From Ascidiella aspersa (Eukaryota), in contig OZ004614.1 of the NCBI GenBank assembly GCA_963924565.1, positions 20,212,001 to 20,276,000 on the forward strand: DNA of 64,000 bases. Direction: 5' to 3'. Below the pieces are notes generated by a model, which was not told the origin of the DNA, ran no database searches, and was given only the letters and a program-made list of their open reading frames with translations. The position numbers and the translations under genes were made by a program. Positions 1 through 11,581 of the stretch are shown in pieces. Position 1 is the first letter of the stretch. Every line of letters begins with the position of its first letter.

Positions 1-373
1 TTTCGTGATTTGCTGTAAAGTTTGTTGTTCATTTTAGTTCGATAATGGCAAAATTATTATCTCGTAATCTCGAGTCTGGTTGAAACCATGGGTGCGGAGT
101 TGGTTAAAAATAACCAGAGTCTAACAACTGCAGAAAAAATAATTGGCAGCCCTGGTTTAAACTAATAAAGTTTACCACCATAAAGCCCGCAATGTACACA
201 TCAGGTTAAGAGGGATTCATAAATGTGGAAGGTTATTGTTCGCAGTTTATTCAACTGCAAATAAACTACCAACATCAGACGTCCATGTGTGGTCGTGTCA
301 AAATCGTTGTCATTATTGCGTATTTTAACCTTATAATTTCATAAAGCAGAATTGTTGCTTGTTTCACTTCCAG

Positions 374-529
374 ATGTAGCTTATTCCATTGGAGGAAGGG
401 AGGACAACTCAGAACTCAGTTCATGTGAGAAATACCAGGACGATCGCTGGTTAAAAGTTTCATCAATGAACCATGGAAGGAATGCATTAGCAGCTGTTGC
501 ATTCGATGGATGCATTTACGCAATCGGGG
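374..529 (+). CDS. Kelch-like (KLHL-type) protein, third-to-last exon (gene begins upstream of window)
   Basis: cag acceptor at 371-373; reads DVAYSIGGREDNSELSSCEKYQDDRWLKVSSMNHGRNALAAVAFDGCIYAIG, a Kelch repeat (GG..Y..W..M..R..IYAIGG); donor G|GTAAAC at 530. Confidence 0.9.
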
Positions 530-619
530 GTAAACAATGTGTACGCAATAAGAACTACGAAGCAAGAATACCCAACGCATATAAATCTATAATATCATAG
601 CATTAAGACCAAAGTTATA

Positions 620-1930
620 ACAAATCCAAACACACAGTAATATTCCCGACAGAATATGACCTAAATCTGTCGGAATGAAGCCTACATCGCAAAAATAACG
701 CCCAAAACTGTAGGTAAAGGGTATGGAACGATAGGGGGCCATCGGTCTGGCATCGGCCGTTTTGGTGACTACGTTTGGACAACCATGGCCCTCGCACCCC
801 CCCCCCCCCTGGGGGGCCACGGAGCGGTCATTGGGGGGGGGGCAACCGGCAAAACTCTCCAGTTAGATATTGCGAAAACCAAAGTGTCACTACTTTCAAA
901 GTTTACCAGTTAACTTAGGTTTGTGTTTTTATTACGACTGTAAACCTTTCTTGTAACGTTTTGTAATACATTTTTCTGACACCTGCCGTGACGAGTCAGT
1001 AGGGATGTTTAAAGTAGAATATTGAATCCTTTTTATTCGTTTTATCGCGGAAGGTTAGGCCTACTTAGTCGTTTTCGAGTGGCAAGTTGCTGTGGCAAAC
1101 AATTACTGTGCTGCTTTGTAGATGGTCATGTATCGTGCGGCGTCAGCGTTTTTTTTTCGAGCGGCCAATTGTGTATTGCCAGGTGCAACGGTTCGCAATT
1201 TGCAAAATAAATATTTCGCCGTAAAACGCATAAAGTATGCTACTGGGTTATTCAAAAGGTCAATTTAAGGCCAACATTCAGCGGTTTATGCAGTTTATTT
1301 GTCAACTGGCTAATAGTACGCTTTAATAAAACGAAAATCGAGTAATCATCTCGACGAACGTAGTGACATCGCTTGGCTCAGTACAAAACAAAGCGGAATA
1401 TAAAAATACCTTGGTGACGTTGAAAAACAAAAATTTTAATGACTAACTAAGTTAGTTTAAATTAAGATGACTTATTTATTAATTTTTAGAAAGTAAGTGC
1501 ATTTATTCGTTGATTAATGGCTGTATTGGTTATTACCGTGAAGAAGTAAAACAAGTGAAAAGACTTTAATCACATTGTTTGATATTTTTATAAGCAAGGG
1601 GTCACTAGGGTTGAGAGCTTTTCAAAGGGGACCACGAAGCATAAAGGTTGAGAACCACTGCCCTAGTCTGACCGGCGCGTCAGGGCGCCGCTGTTTCGGG
1701 TCCTGTTTGGGGTTAGAAAATGGGTTAGGGATTCTATTTTTAGGGGGGATAGTACTGTACTTAGGGGTGAGGCGTTGGGTTAGGTAAAATGTTTCATTGG
1801 CATGATTCTGGCCTTTTAGGTCTTATTCCGATTTAAACGTTAGTACGACCTTTAGGTATCAGTCCTATTTTGGTTTTATTCCTAACAGTGTTTTATTTCG
1901 ACCTTGATGTAGTTCTTCGAGCTTAAGGCT
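620..1930. mobile_element. Interspersed repeat (Helentron-associated/HINE-like) split by nested MITEs
   Basis: 620-780 matches 23620-23870 and 1661-1930 matches 23870-23893 and 38580-38920; the two halves are contiguous in the 23.8-kb copy; the intervening 781-1660 ends in an hAT-type GGTTGAGAACCACTG. Confidence 0.55.
1000..1330 (+). mobile_element. Truncated copy of the TAGGGATG hAT MITE (family of 18609-19469)
   Basis: Starts TAGGGATGTTTAAAGTAGAATATTGA, identical to 18609; internal similarity to 18740-19090; no right TIR seen. Confidence 0.7.
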
Positions 1931-2259
1931 GGAGTACTTTGCAGCATGTTAATGCGATCTCTAGAAAATTAATTTGCTAGTGTTAGAGAAATATTCGATT
2001 CTATACAACGTCATAAAATGAACATGTGGATAATAACGTTTACACAGTGAGGATATTTTTTAACATGTGCACATTTTTATCTTAACGTGATAAAAGTATA
2101 TTATCCTTACGCTCATAACCAAATTGCCTCGTTTTTCTAGATTTTTAGATTGTTTTGCTTAAGTCACTCCGAAAAAATGACTTCGGCATTTTGTTTATAA
2201 GATTGACGTTATATTTGGTACAGTCATAACTTTATCCAGTACGTTTCTTGCTTGTTTAG

Positions 2260-2392
2260 GTTATCCTAGCAAAGCCACAGTGGAACGTTACGACCCAAGA
2301 ACGAGCAAGTGGGGCGAGGTTGCATCAATGAACACTAGACGTTATTTTCACGGAGCTTGTGTTTTGCAAGGGAAGATTTACGCCGTGGCTGG
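2260..2392 (+). CDS. Kelch-like protein, penultimate exon
   Basis: tttag acceptor; phase-compatible with the previous exon; GYPSKATVERYDPRTSKWGEVASMNTRRYFHGACVLQGKIYAVAG Kelch repeat; donor GG|GTGAGA. Confidence 0.9.
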
Positions 2393-2675
2393 GTGAGAAC
2401 TTGTTCCAACATTAAGTGTTTATAGTTAAATTACACCTAATGAGAATTGATTGACAAAGTAGCTTTCGAATACGAGTTATAGCATTTTAATATTATTATG
2501 TTATGGAAACTACTACATTTAGCGAATCAGCTATTTGTTTTTAAGGGAATTAAATTCCGACATAATAATGCGTGATTTTGAAACGACGTAAAACATTACT
2601 TTCGGTGTTGGAAATTATAAAAAAATGCAGTTTCGTTTTTTTAAGCTCAACGCAACTAAGTTGTATTGATTTTAG

Positions 2676-2781
2676 GTACGACGAGAAATCTGTTGAAGTT
2701 TACGATCCACGCGCAGATAGATGGACTCATTGCTTCGACACACAAGTTGTTCGCAACTACTGCAATGTTGTGGCTGTTTAA
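2676..2781 (+). CDS. Kelch-like protein, terminal exon
   Basis: tttag acceptor, phase 2 fits; YDEKSVEVYDPRADRWTHCFDTQVVRNYCNVVAV*; AATAAA at 3311 and 3337. Confidence 0.88.
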
Positions 2782-5700
2782 ACTAAACCCAACTTAATAT
2801 TACCAAGGCGAAACAAAATCAAACATTGTTTTTTTCGAGAAACAAAACCGATTAACATTTCTATGTAATTTATTTGCTGTGTAAGTTTTGTGTTACGTGG
2901 TGAATATCTCTAATATCTGTATATCTGTACTTGTGATAAAATAGTGTTGCCCAATCATGGACAAATTATTTAGCGCAGTGCAGTAGCGTAACAAACGTAA
3001 AGAAATGCTTGTGATGACCGTTTTGATTTGCCAACCTCAACAAATAATCCTGAACCTTCATCGCTCATACCTTGTTGTACCTTGTACTTGTCAACATTTT
3101 CCAACCTGTGCTACGCGTTTCACACAATGCATCCATCACCACTAAGTCTTTATGTACGTTTTTTAAAAAGTACAGCGATCTTTTTGTGGATTATAGCCTA
3201 ATGTATGTTATCAGCTCAAAATGTTCCTGCTTTTACAACGCATCCTTTTTAAATAATTTGTAAGCCTACGCTTATATTTTTAACATGTTTTACATTTGCT
3301 TCGTATTTTTAATAAAATGAGAGTGTGTTCTTTGAAATAATAAATCTTCACTGTAAAAAAATTCGCAGTAAAGAAATAGGCAAGAGTTGTTCGCTATTTC
3401 CGGCATGTAGTGGATTCAAAATGTGACAACTTTCTAACAAACGGTACTTTAATTTATATATATGAATTCTATACAGCATTTAAAAGGTATGGCATACAAA
3501 CTATTTTTCTACCAATGTTAAAATGCTGAAATTTAAACATTCTTACATGAACTAACTTAAATATTTAAGCACAACTAAACTTAAGCATTCCAAAACACTC
3601 CTTTAATAAGAGGCGACCAAATGAGTTGTAAGCCAAAATAATAAAAGTTTGGAACAGAGTTGTTCTTAATCTTTCATGAGTGTACGGTCGCCTATTTACA
3701 ATTATGCTAGCTACCAGTGTGTACACGTAGCAAATGACGTCATCGATATGACGTCAGCCGAGGTAACGTTGTGCTAATGAAGGTCTGACCGAAGATGACA
3801 TGTATTAACGGTCAGCTCGACAAGGTTACGTGGAAATACAAAAATCAAGTTATAAGAATAAGATAAGGCAAGGCAAGGGCAAAAAATTGTTCCTATAACC
3901 CTAATTCCTAACATTAAAACGCTAAACCCTATTTGAACCTAATCCCTAATCGACACCAAGAGACCGCTGTTGTTGTTGTTGTTTTGTGGGGTGGGTTTGT
4001 TTGCGTTTGTTGTTTTTTATGCTATGACCAAAACAGAAAACGAAATCCGTCCCGAGTAACAAAATACAGGAAAACCTGCAGCAAAAGATTTGTCAAAACA
4101 TGCCAAAAACAAAGCTGAAAATATGAAACCTGCAAAAAAATAAAACGCGTCAAATTAAACCTGCTCATAACACGCTACACACAACATCAAAACAAACGGA
4201 TAAAGAGTTCAACATTTCAAAAAACTTTTCTTGTTTATCTGCCAAACTTGTCTTACCGAGCGCCTTACTTTATCGGCATCAGAAACAAAATGCAATCTGT
4301 CTCGAATGTGTTTGTTTATTGTTGGTTTTATTTGGTGTAACGGCCTTACTAAGTGAACAAACAACATACAGTTCCTTCGTCGAGGATCCATTTTTCATCG
4401 AGGTTATATTTCATTGCAAAAACGTTTAATTCTAAGCAAATGCAATAATCCATTCAGGAATATCACATTAGCTTAAAAAAGAATGTATTTGCAATAAAGA
4501 GTTCGAAACGGTAATAAGAGTTCATTGTCAATATTTTATCTTGGTTTCCTCAACTTGTAGATGTCGCATTTTATTAAATCATGCAAGTTACCATAAACAC
4601 ACGTGCTTGCCGATTACTGCGCTAATGGTTCAGAGCAGTGCAGTGTGCTTACAATAAAAGTGCAGTGTTAAGTGGAAAATCTTTGAACCAATCCTCTGAC
4701 ACTTTCTGCTTTAAGAAATATATTTAAAAGTGCAAAACATCTACAATAGAAGGCGTGGCTGTCACGCGAATAAGCCAATTGCGAATAAGCCAATTGCGAA
4801 TATCGAATGTAACTTTATTCATAAAAAATGGTTAGTTCGCAATTAGCATCGCCAAACTGGACTGTGGAGTAACGCGTTTAGGTAAAAAAAGCCTTGGAAA
4901 AAATGCTTGCAAAACAATAACGATAAGAAATGGAACTCATGACTAGACAAGAAGCTTTTGACAGTAAGACAATTCGTTGTTAGAATTTCTAAAATGAAAA
5001 ACAGAATTTCTGATTTTCATGACAAAGCGCTTTTAAAACTGTCTGTACAAGTTTTTAATACGTTCAAATTAAACTGTTTTTAAGCGGTTTCCTTGCACAG
5101 CAGTTTTATTGCTGCCTAGTCACGGGGACAGAAAGGAAAATAATAAGGGGGAATAAAACGGCAAGGCAAGGCCTGATTCTGCCACAGAACATTTGTAAAT
5201 TACATCGGGCTACTCCCGTCAACTATCTTGAAAACCAGTTCGTACGGGGACCAGTCATAGCTCCAGGAAAAAGCAAAAGCAACAACTAAATTTGAATACG
5301 ATTAACACGTTGTTTTAAAGAACGGTGTTGATCGCGCGGCCCTAAAAAGAAGCACCTTTCCGATTTTTATTACACACATTTACCCAAATTCAGGGAGGTT
5401 AAACTGCTGCTTAAAAGCTAAAGCAAGGGGTTTGGGGACCCTATGCCCTACGCGAGGTTTGGTGCCAATACTGGTTTGTATTGAATTGCGTAGCAAGCCC
5501 GTGAACACAACCACAACCCAAGGCAACCCACACTTCTACGATATCCTACGCAACTTGGTGACAACTAATCCCACTATTTGCAAAGCGAACCTAAAATCAA
5601 CCTATTTATGAAAATAGGGCCACGAGCTCTTGTATGGGCCACCTACAACAAACCTTAACCTTCTCGTGGCACCAGAACTACGTTGCACCGCCAAGATCAA

Positions 5701-6788
5701 GCAAGTTTCCCTGCCCGAACCTTGTTTTGACCCAAGCGGTTTTCCTGCGTCAAAAGTGGTTAATACTAAAGCCTATAAACTCCACAGCCGAGATTGACGC
5801 GCGTGACAGGCAGTATTTGTTACAGCGCCTTGTAATAGTTTTACGCCCAGTGGCGCATAAAACGAGATCATTCGAACAAAATGTACAAACCGGATGCTTT
5901 CCAAAACTGCCAAACATTTTCTTTATCAGAACAACGCAGCCATCCCAAGAATAGCATTACAGCAAATAACTTTCAAATCTGAGAGCTGCTGTTTCAAGCA
6001 GTCAGTCTTTTCACCCTCGATCAGCTGTTTTTTAAACAACGGAGAAATTGCGCACCTGTTTAAAGGGTTGTGACATACTTAATGGGCTTCAAAATAGATC
6101 AAAAACTGTGTGTTTTTGTTTGATTTAACGGTTTTCAACACAAATGTTTGCAGTGCTACCACTTACAAAACATATAGGCCCTTTTACTGGTAAAATTAAT
6201 AACTATTAAAGTGTTTTGCGTTAGGCTTTCTATGTTTTTATGTACAACAATTGATTTAAAAATCTTCACTGTTTCACTGTCTTCACTGTTTTTTTGTAAA
6301 AAGTTGTTTTCAAAACTTTCAGGGAATCTTCGTTATAATTTTGCCACTAGGAAAAATAGAATACAATTATTTAAATTCGTCAAAAACTGCAAAGTTTAAT
6401 CGAGGATATTCGTTGTAGGGTACCACAATTCTGTCGTGCCTATAACTCAACCTTTTATAATTGTTTATTTCATATGTTTATTTTTTCGTTACCTTTAAAT
6501 AACGGTTCATTTTTTGCAGCGTTCTACCCCCCAAACAAACAACAGAAAGTGTTGCTTAAAATGTTTGTTATTTCTTTTCTATTTATCACAACAAAGAGCA
6601 TATCCATTGTAAAAGAGGATACCTGATCACTGTTCTGTCGTTGCCCACGTCTTACGTATATCGAACAAATGGGATGTTGAAATGCACATTCAGTCCCAAT
6701 GCAAATATTGCAACAGAACAGAACAGTGGTTTCAAACAGCTTGACGTATGCTAAGTTGAGTTCATATTTTAGTAGTGAAACATGTTAA

Positions 6789-7235
6789 ACTAGACGGAGG
6801 TGCGTTTGTTGTATATTTTATCAGGGTTATATTNNNNNNNNNNNNNNNNNNNNNNNNNNNNNNNNNNNNNNNNNNNNNNNNNNNNNNNNNNNNNNNNNNN
6901 NNNNNNNNNNNNNNNNNNNNNNNNNNNNNNNNNNNNNNNNNNNNNNNNNNNNNNNNNNNNNNNNNNNNNNNNNNNNNNNNAATATTTTGTATTGTGTATT
7001 TTATATTATATATTTCATATTTTGTTTTTCATTTTCCTTAACTTGTTTCTGCAAGCAAAAACAGATATGGGCCGAAAACCTCCCCACTTAATTTATGCCT
7101 TTGATGCGAAAGGGGTTCAAATATGGCGTAGTATTTGGGGAATGATCGAAACATATATTTGATAAATAAAATTTACGTAGATAATGTGTATGGCCATTTT
7201 AATACATTTTGGCCAGCTTACGTGTTTGAAAAGCA
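6789..7235 (+). repeat. Diverged direct repeat, copy 1 (copy 2 at 8578-8935)
   Basis: ACTAGACGG...GTATATTTT...GCAAGCAAAA..GATATGGGCCGAAAA...GATGCGAAAGGGGTTCAAATATGGCG...TTTACGTAGATAATG shared by both copies. Confidence 0.85.
6834..6980. other. Assembly gap (147 N)
   Basis: Run of n in sequence. Confidence 1.
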
Positions 7236-8358
7236 AATATTATCATTCTCCTAAAGACTTAAAATGGTTTAACGCATATGATGTGCAATACTTTTGCAAA
7301 CTTTTACTCGGTAAATTTTTACCATGGCCTGGTCCGAGCAATCACTGTTAAAACAGACTTTAAATCTGTAGTTTCAAACAATATGAAACACACTATTATG
7401 TGCCTAATAGGCAAACTATTAAATCGAAAGTTTTGCTAGTTGTTTAGGCCTGATGTTGGTATGTTGGTTGGAGCAACATGCACAACAGGTGCTAACAGAG
7501 AGGCGTACACTGCCTTAAGATTTCGCATTTAAATTTGCGGCGGTAAATACACCCTATTGACACTTGATTATTAGGCGAAGCTTATCGCAAAGTAATTGGT
7601 CGCCCGAAAAAATGCTGACGCCGCATTTAAAGCAAGCATTATAAATGTGTCGCCGATATTCTGCCTTGAACATTCCTACTCGCAATGCTTCCCTGCGTTA
7701 ATTGTACGGTGGGTGAAACTTTATTCACGGCCTTACCTCTTTTTGTATTATCGCGACAATACGATGAAATACGATTTGAAGAATATTTGAAAAAATCGTA
7801 TTTGGAGAATATTTGCTATTTGAACCTGTATAGTATGTTACTCCAATCCAACATATCAACACACAATTTTAAGTTGTGTAGGCCTGGGGTTGATATGTTG
7901 GATTGGAGCTGCCACCAGATTTCGCATTTAAATTTGCGGCGGTAAAATAAGTTGTTTCCTAAGAGCTTTAAGTAATTTTACTAAAGAGAAGCCTCTTTTT
8001 AAAATGCAAGTCGCACGAGCCCAGTTTTGGACGTGCCACTTCGCACAATGAAAGTCTCACGCGCGGGACAGTAAAGCGCAGCAGGCGTCAAGTCGCTTCG
8101 TCACTTCATAAGCTGAACAAAGCAAGCGAATATGAACGAATTCTGTATGAAAGTTTTTCTGCTGCTAGATGGCAGTCGTTAGCTACAAAGAGCTAAAACG
8201 CAATATTTCAGGGTTTTGCCCCCCAAGCAAAGGCCCCTGGGGGTGCAGCCTCATCTACAAAGCACCTACATACCACTCTACGCCATGTCTGAAAGTTGAA
8301 GGTTCTACGATGTATACTTTTTCTATAAAGCTTCGGACAAAAATCGGTCTGAAACATG

Positions 8359-8570
8359 CCATAGGAAACCATAGGAAACCATAGGAAACCATAGGAAACC
8401 ATAGGAAACCATAGGAAACCATAGGAAACCATAGGAAACCATAGGAAACCATAGGAAACCATAGGAAACCATAGGAAACCATAGGAAACCATAGGAAACC
8501 ATAGGAAACCATAGGAAACCATAGGAAACCATAGGAAACCATAGGAAACCATAGGAAACCATAGGAAACC
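8359..8570 (+). repeat. Perfect decanucleotide tandem array (CCATAGGAAA)x21
   Basis: 21 identical ATAGGAAACC units at 8361-8570. Confidence 0.98.
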
Positions 8571-8577
8571 AAAAAAG

Positions 8578-8935
8578 ACTAGACGGGGCTGCGGTTGTTG
8601 TATATTTTGTCAGGGGGTATATTTTCAGGGCTTGGTGTTTTTTTTTTAATTTCAAATTTAAATTTTTTTTTTAATTTTTTTTTTTTATATATTTTGTATT
8701 GTATATTTTATATTATATATTTGATTTTTTTCTCTAACTTGTTTCTGCAAGCAAAAATAGATATGGGCCGAAAACTTCCCCACTTAACTTCTGGCTTTGA
8801 TGCGAAAGGGGTTCAAATATGGCGTCGTAGTATTTGGGAAATGATCGAAACATATATTTGATAAATAGAATTTACGTAGATAATGCGTACAAGCATGTTA
8901 TTACACTTTGGCCAGCTAACATGTTTAAAAACCGT
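8578..8935 (+). repeat. Diverged direct repeat, copy 2
   Basis: Aligns to 6789-7235 across the gap. Confidence 0.85.
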
Positions 8936-9021
8936 ATGCAGTGTGTCAGTTTATGAATACTTTCAAAATATCAACATCTCGCGAGCCAAACATTTTTCTA
9001 TGTATGGTTTTCACTGGCAAC

Positions 9022-9257
9022 CAGGGTTGCGCAAACGGTTAAAAACAACCCGAGTCCGACTCCGGCCACCAAATGCGCAATTTCATCGGGTGCCGCATAC
9101 GGCTCAGACTCTACAGCCTTTTTTCCCAGATTTACGTAACTAAAATACAACGGATATCAGCACTCCACTTATAGTGAGTCATGATAAACATGCCACCATA
9201 TATGCTGTTCTCGGGTAATTTTACCTTGTCTTACGCAAGTCCAACTCCGCAGCCCTG
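9022..9257. mobile_element. hAT-type MITE (CAGGGTTGCG...CGCAGCCCTG)
   Basis: Short imperfect TIRs, CCGACTCC-type subterminal motifs; related fragment at 89-154; TSD not evident. Confidence 0.5.
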
Positions 9258-9450
9258 CTGTGATCTGACATCTAATTTACAAATGTTCTGACATTTAATT
9301 TACGTAACTTGGGAGATGCCATTAAATCTAATTTCAGACGTTAAATTCTGTAAAGATACCCTAACCCTGCTGAAAAAAACGAACTGTCGCGAACACAATA
9401 CTTTGCCCGCTATTTTGGAATATACTTCAACGCTTTTCAACCGATACCTA

Positions 9451-10222
9451 TGTAATGTTTATAGCAGCCACTTCGTTAATTGTTGTTTTGCTACAGAGAA
9501 TTTTTGTTTTAATCGCTGTGTCGTAACGGAAAGTTTTCGGTAAAATTCCGTTGCCTAGATTTATTGCAACCGTATTTCAATGTTTGCGATATCCTTGCAG
9601 CGAATGTGCAAGATTCAATTTTTTGACACCAATTTTTATGCGTCAAGGCATTTTCTATATAACGTACATCCGTTTTAGCATATGTTTTCAAAACGCCGAT
9701 CCACGCCGCGGTGTAAACATAGATTAGTTTCCCCGGTCGTGTGATATTCAACTGTTGTCATTTGACTGAAGTCAGAGGACGTTTCGCAATCGCATTTTGA
9801 CGTAAAAATTGTATGTTTCGTGTCAGAAATAAGTGCAAAGAAGGTTTTGAGGGATCCGCCCTTGTCACGTGACCTTTTATTAGATATTGTAAGAATTAAT
9901 GACGTAAATCCTTTTTTGTTCGCAGAAATTTTGTTAACTGATTCTCGTCTATAAATAGCGTGTTCAATCAATATAAAATGGCTTTTACTCAGACAACAAA
10001 CTCGAGTGCTTTTGTGACTGAAGCAGATAGGGAATATCCAATTCGTTATTATGAAGATCAGTATCGAATAAAGTGTTGTCTGTTACTCAAGGAACCAATT
10101 GGAGTGCTCGTATGTTAGAAGCAGTCGACAATGAACAATTCAATTTAAATCAGTATCTACATTGTAGTCGTAAGATTGATACATCGAGGCACAAAAGGCA
10201 ATCATTATCAACTACATCTACA
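9451..10222 (+). repeat. 5' LTR
   Basis: Begins TGTAATG, ends CTACA; TATAAATA at 9950; AATAAA at 10067. Confidence 0.85.
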
Positions 10223-10239
10223 AATTGGCGCGTACCGAG

Positions 10240-10381
10240 TGAGGAACGAAGCTCAAGAAAAGTTGAACCTAAATCCGAACGAACCACCTGCAAACTACTT
10301 TCCCAAGAAGACTGAGGAACGAAGCTCAAGAAAAGTTGTAAATCCAAACGAATCACCTGCAAACTACTTTCCCAAGAAGAC
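10240..10381 (+). repeat. ~73-bp tandem duplication in the retroelement leader
   Basis: TGAGGAACGAAGCTCAAGAAAAGTTG...CACCTGCAAACTACTTTCCCAAGAAGAC twice, at 10240 and 10313. Confidence 0.9.
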
Positions 10382-10591
10382 GGACGACGAGCACTTATTT
10401 CCGCGTATCTTATGTACAAGAAAGTCGTCGAAATAAGTAAGTGAATATTTGTAATTACAGTACATGTCGAGATAAGTACAGTTTTCTGTTAGTAAAATTA
10501 AGCAAAAAGCAACCTTAAAGCCCCCCGCTAAGAAAAAGGAAAAATTAAAAACGCCAAAGCCCACGCTTAGAATTACGCGCAGCCAAACTAA

Positions 10592-11581
10592 AAAAATGGC
10601 TTAACTGAACAACCAGAAAGATCCGACCCTGGTACAGATATTTTAACTAATACTCAAGATCGAACTGATTCTACAGAAAGTCAAAATGCGAATATATTAC
10701 AAAATGAACCCCCGACCGCAAATGATAACATACCTTCTACTTCAGGTTTATGCCCACAAAATGACGATTCTAGTTCAAATTTGAGTATAAATGACAGCCT
10801 TGGCATTGGTAGTTTAAAAAATTCGCTTCTAAAAATTCCGGCAGTTTGGTCTAATACTAAAATTAAATCATATTTCGTGTTTTTGGATAAGTTTTATGAC
10901 ACGAATGGAATTGCTACTGAAAGCACCCGTTTCGCTTTGCTCGCTGCGTGGTTTACGGCAGAGCAATTTAGTAAATACGCGACCCAGCTTGCGGAAGCAA
11001 GTCTTGCCGAAAATCCTTATACAACGCTAAAAAAGGCTATTTTAAGCCACATTTTCGGAACCAGCCCAACTGAATGGCTTCGTAGAGTAAACGCGCTGAG
11101 CGTAGAACTAAACGAGCGCCCCTCTACAATACTATGTAGATTAATTGATCTTTGCCCATTAGATTTCGAAAATGACGCAACGGCAAAAGCTATATTACAC
11201 AGCAGATTTATAGATCTGTTGCCAGAAATAATCCGGCCTACTATACAGATACACAAAGGAAAAACATTGCGAGACTTGGGCAAATATGCGGATGAATTCC
11301 ATGATATATCTAAGAAAAACAGCGCCTTGCCCAAAAAGACCCCAGAACTAGATACAATTGCATCTTTAACCGCTAAGGTAAATGAGCTTATGACTGCTCA
11401 TCGATCAACAACTGGAGATAGGATTAATCGCGCGCTGCAGAACAATTATCGCCCGCCTTGGAGATCGAATTATCCATTTAATGCGCGCAAATCAGAAAAC
11501 GCGTCCTATCAAAACGTTAGGCGAGATTACCCAGCAGGTAATCAACGATTCGGCGATGCCCGCCCAAATACTAGCTATTAA
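10592..11581 (+). pseudogene. gag: Gypsy gag (DUF7041-type capsid N-terminal region); start codon out of frame
   Basis: Open frame 10592-11581 encodes KIPAVW..KSYFVFLDKFY..IATESTRFALL..PYTTLKKAIL..ELNERPSTILCRL..ILHSRFIDLLP..LGKYADEF, the pattern of invertebrate Gypsy gag; nearest ATG (10596) reads ATG-GCT-TAA in another frame. Confidence 0.75.

Noticed and set aside
6775-7162. ORFs containing X runs
   Set aside because: They span the N gap; not real reading frames
8208-8655. ORFs with repeating MVSYGFLWFP
   Set aside because: Artefact of translating the stop-free (CCATAGGAAA)n array
9675-9971. 98-aa minus-strand ORF duplicated at 13842-14138
   Set aside because: Lies in the LTRs; duplication is explained by LTR identity; non-ATG start and no domain
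10312-10340. CTGAGGA...GAAA as a hammerhead core
   Set aside because: No stem I, II or III complementarity
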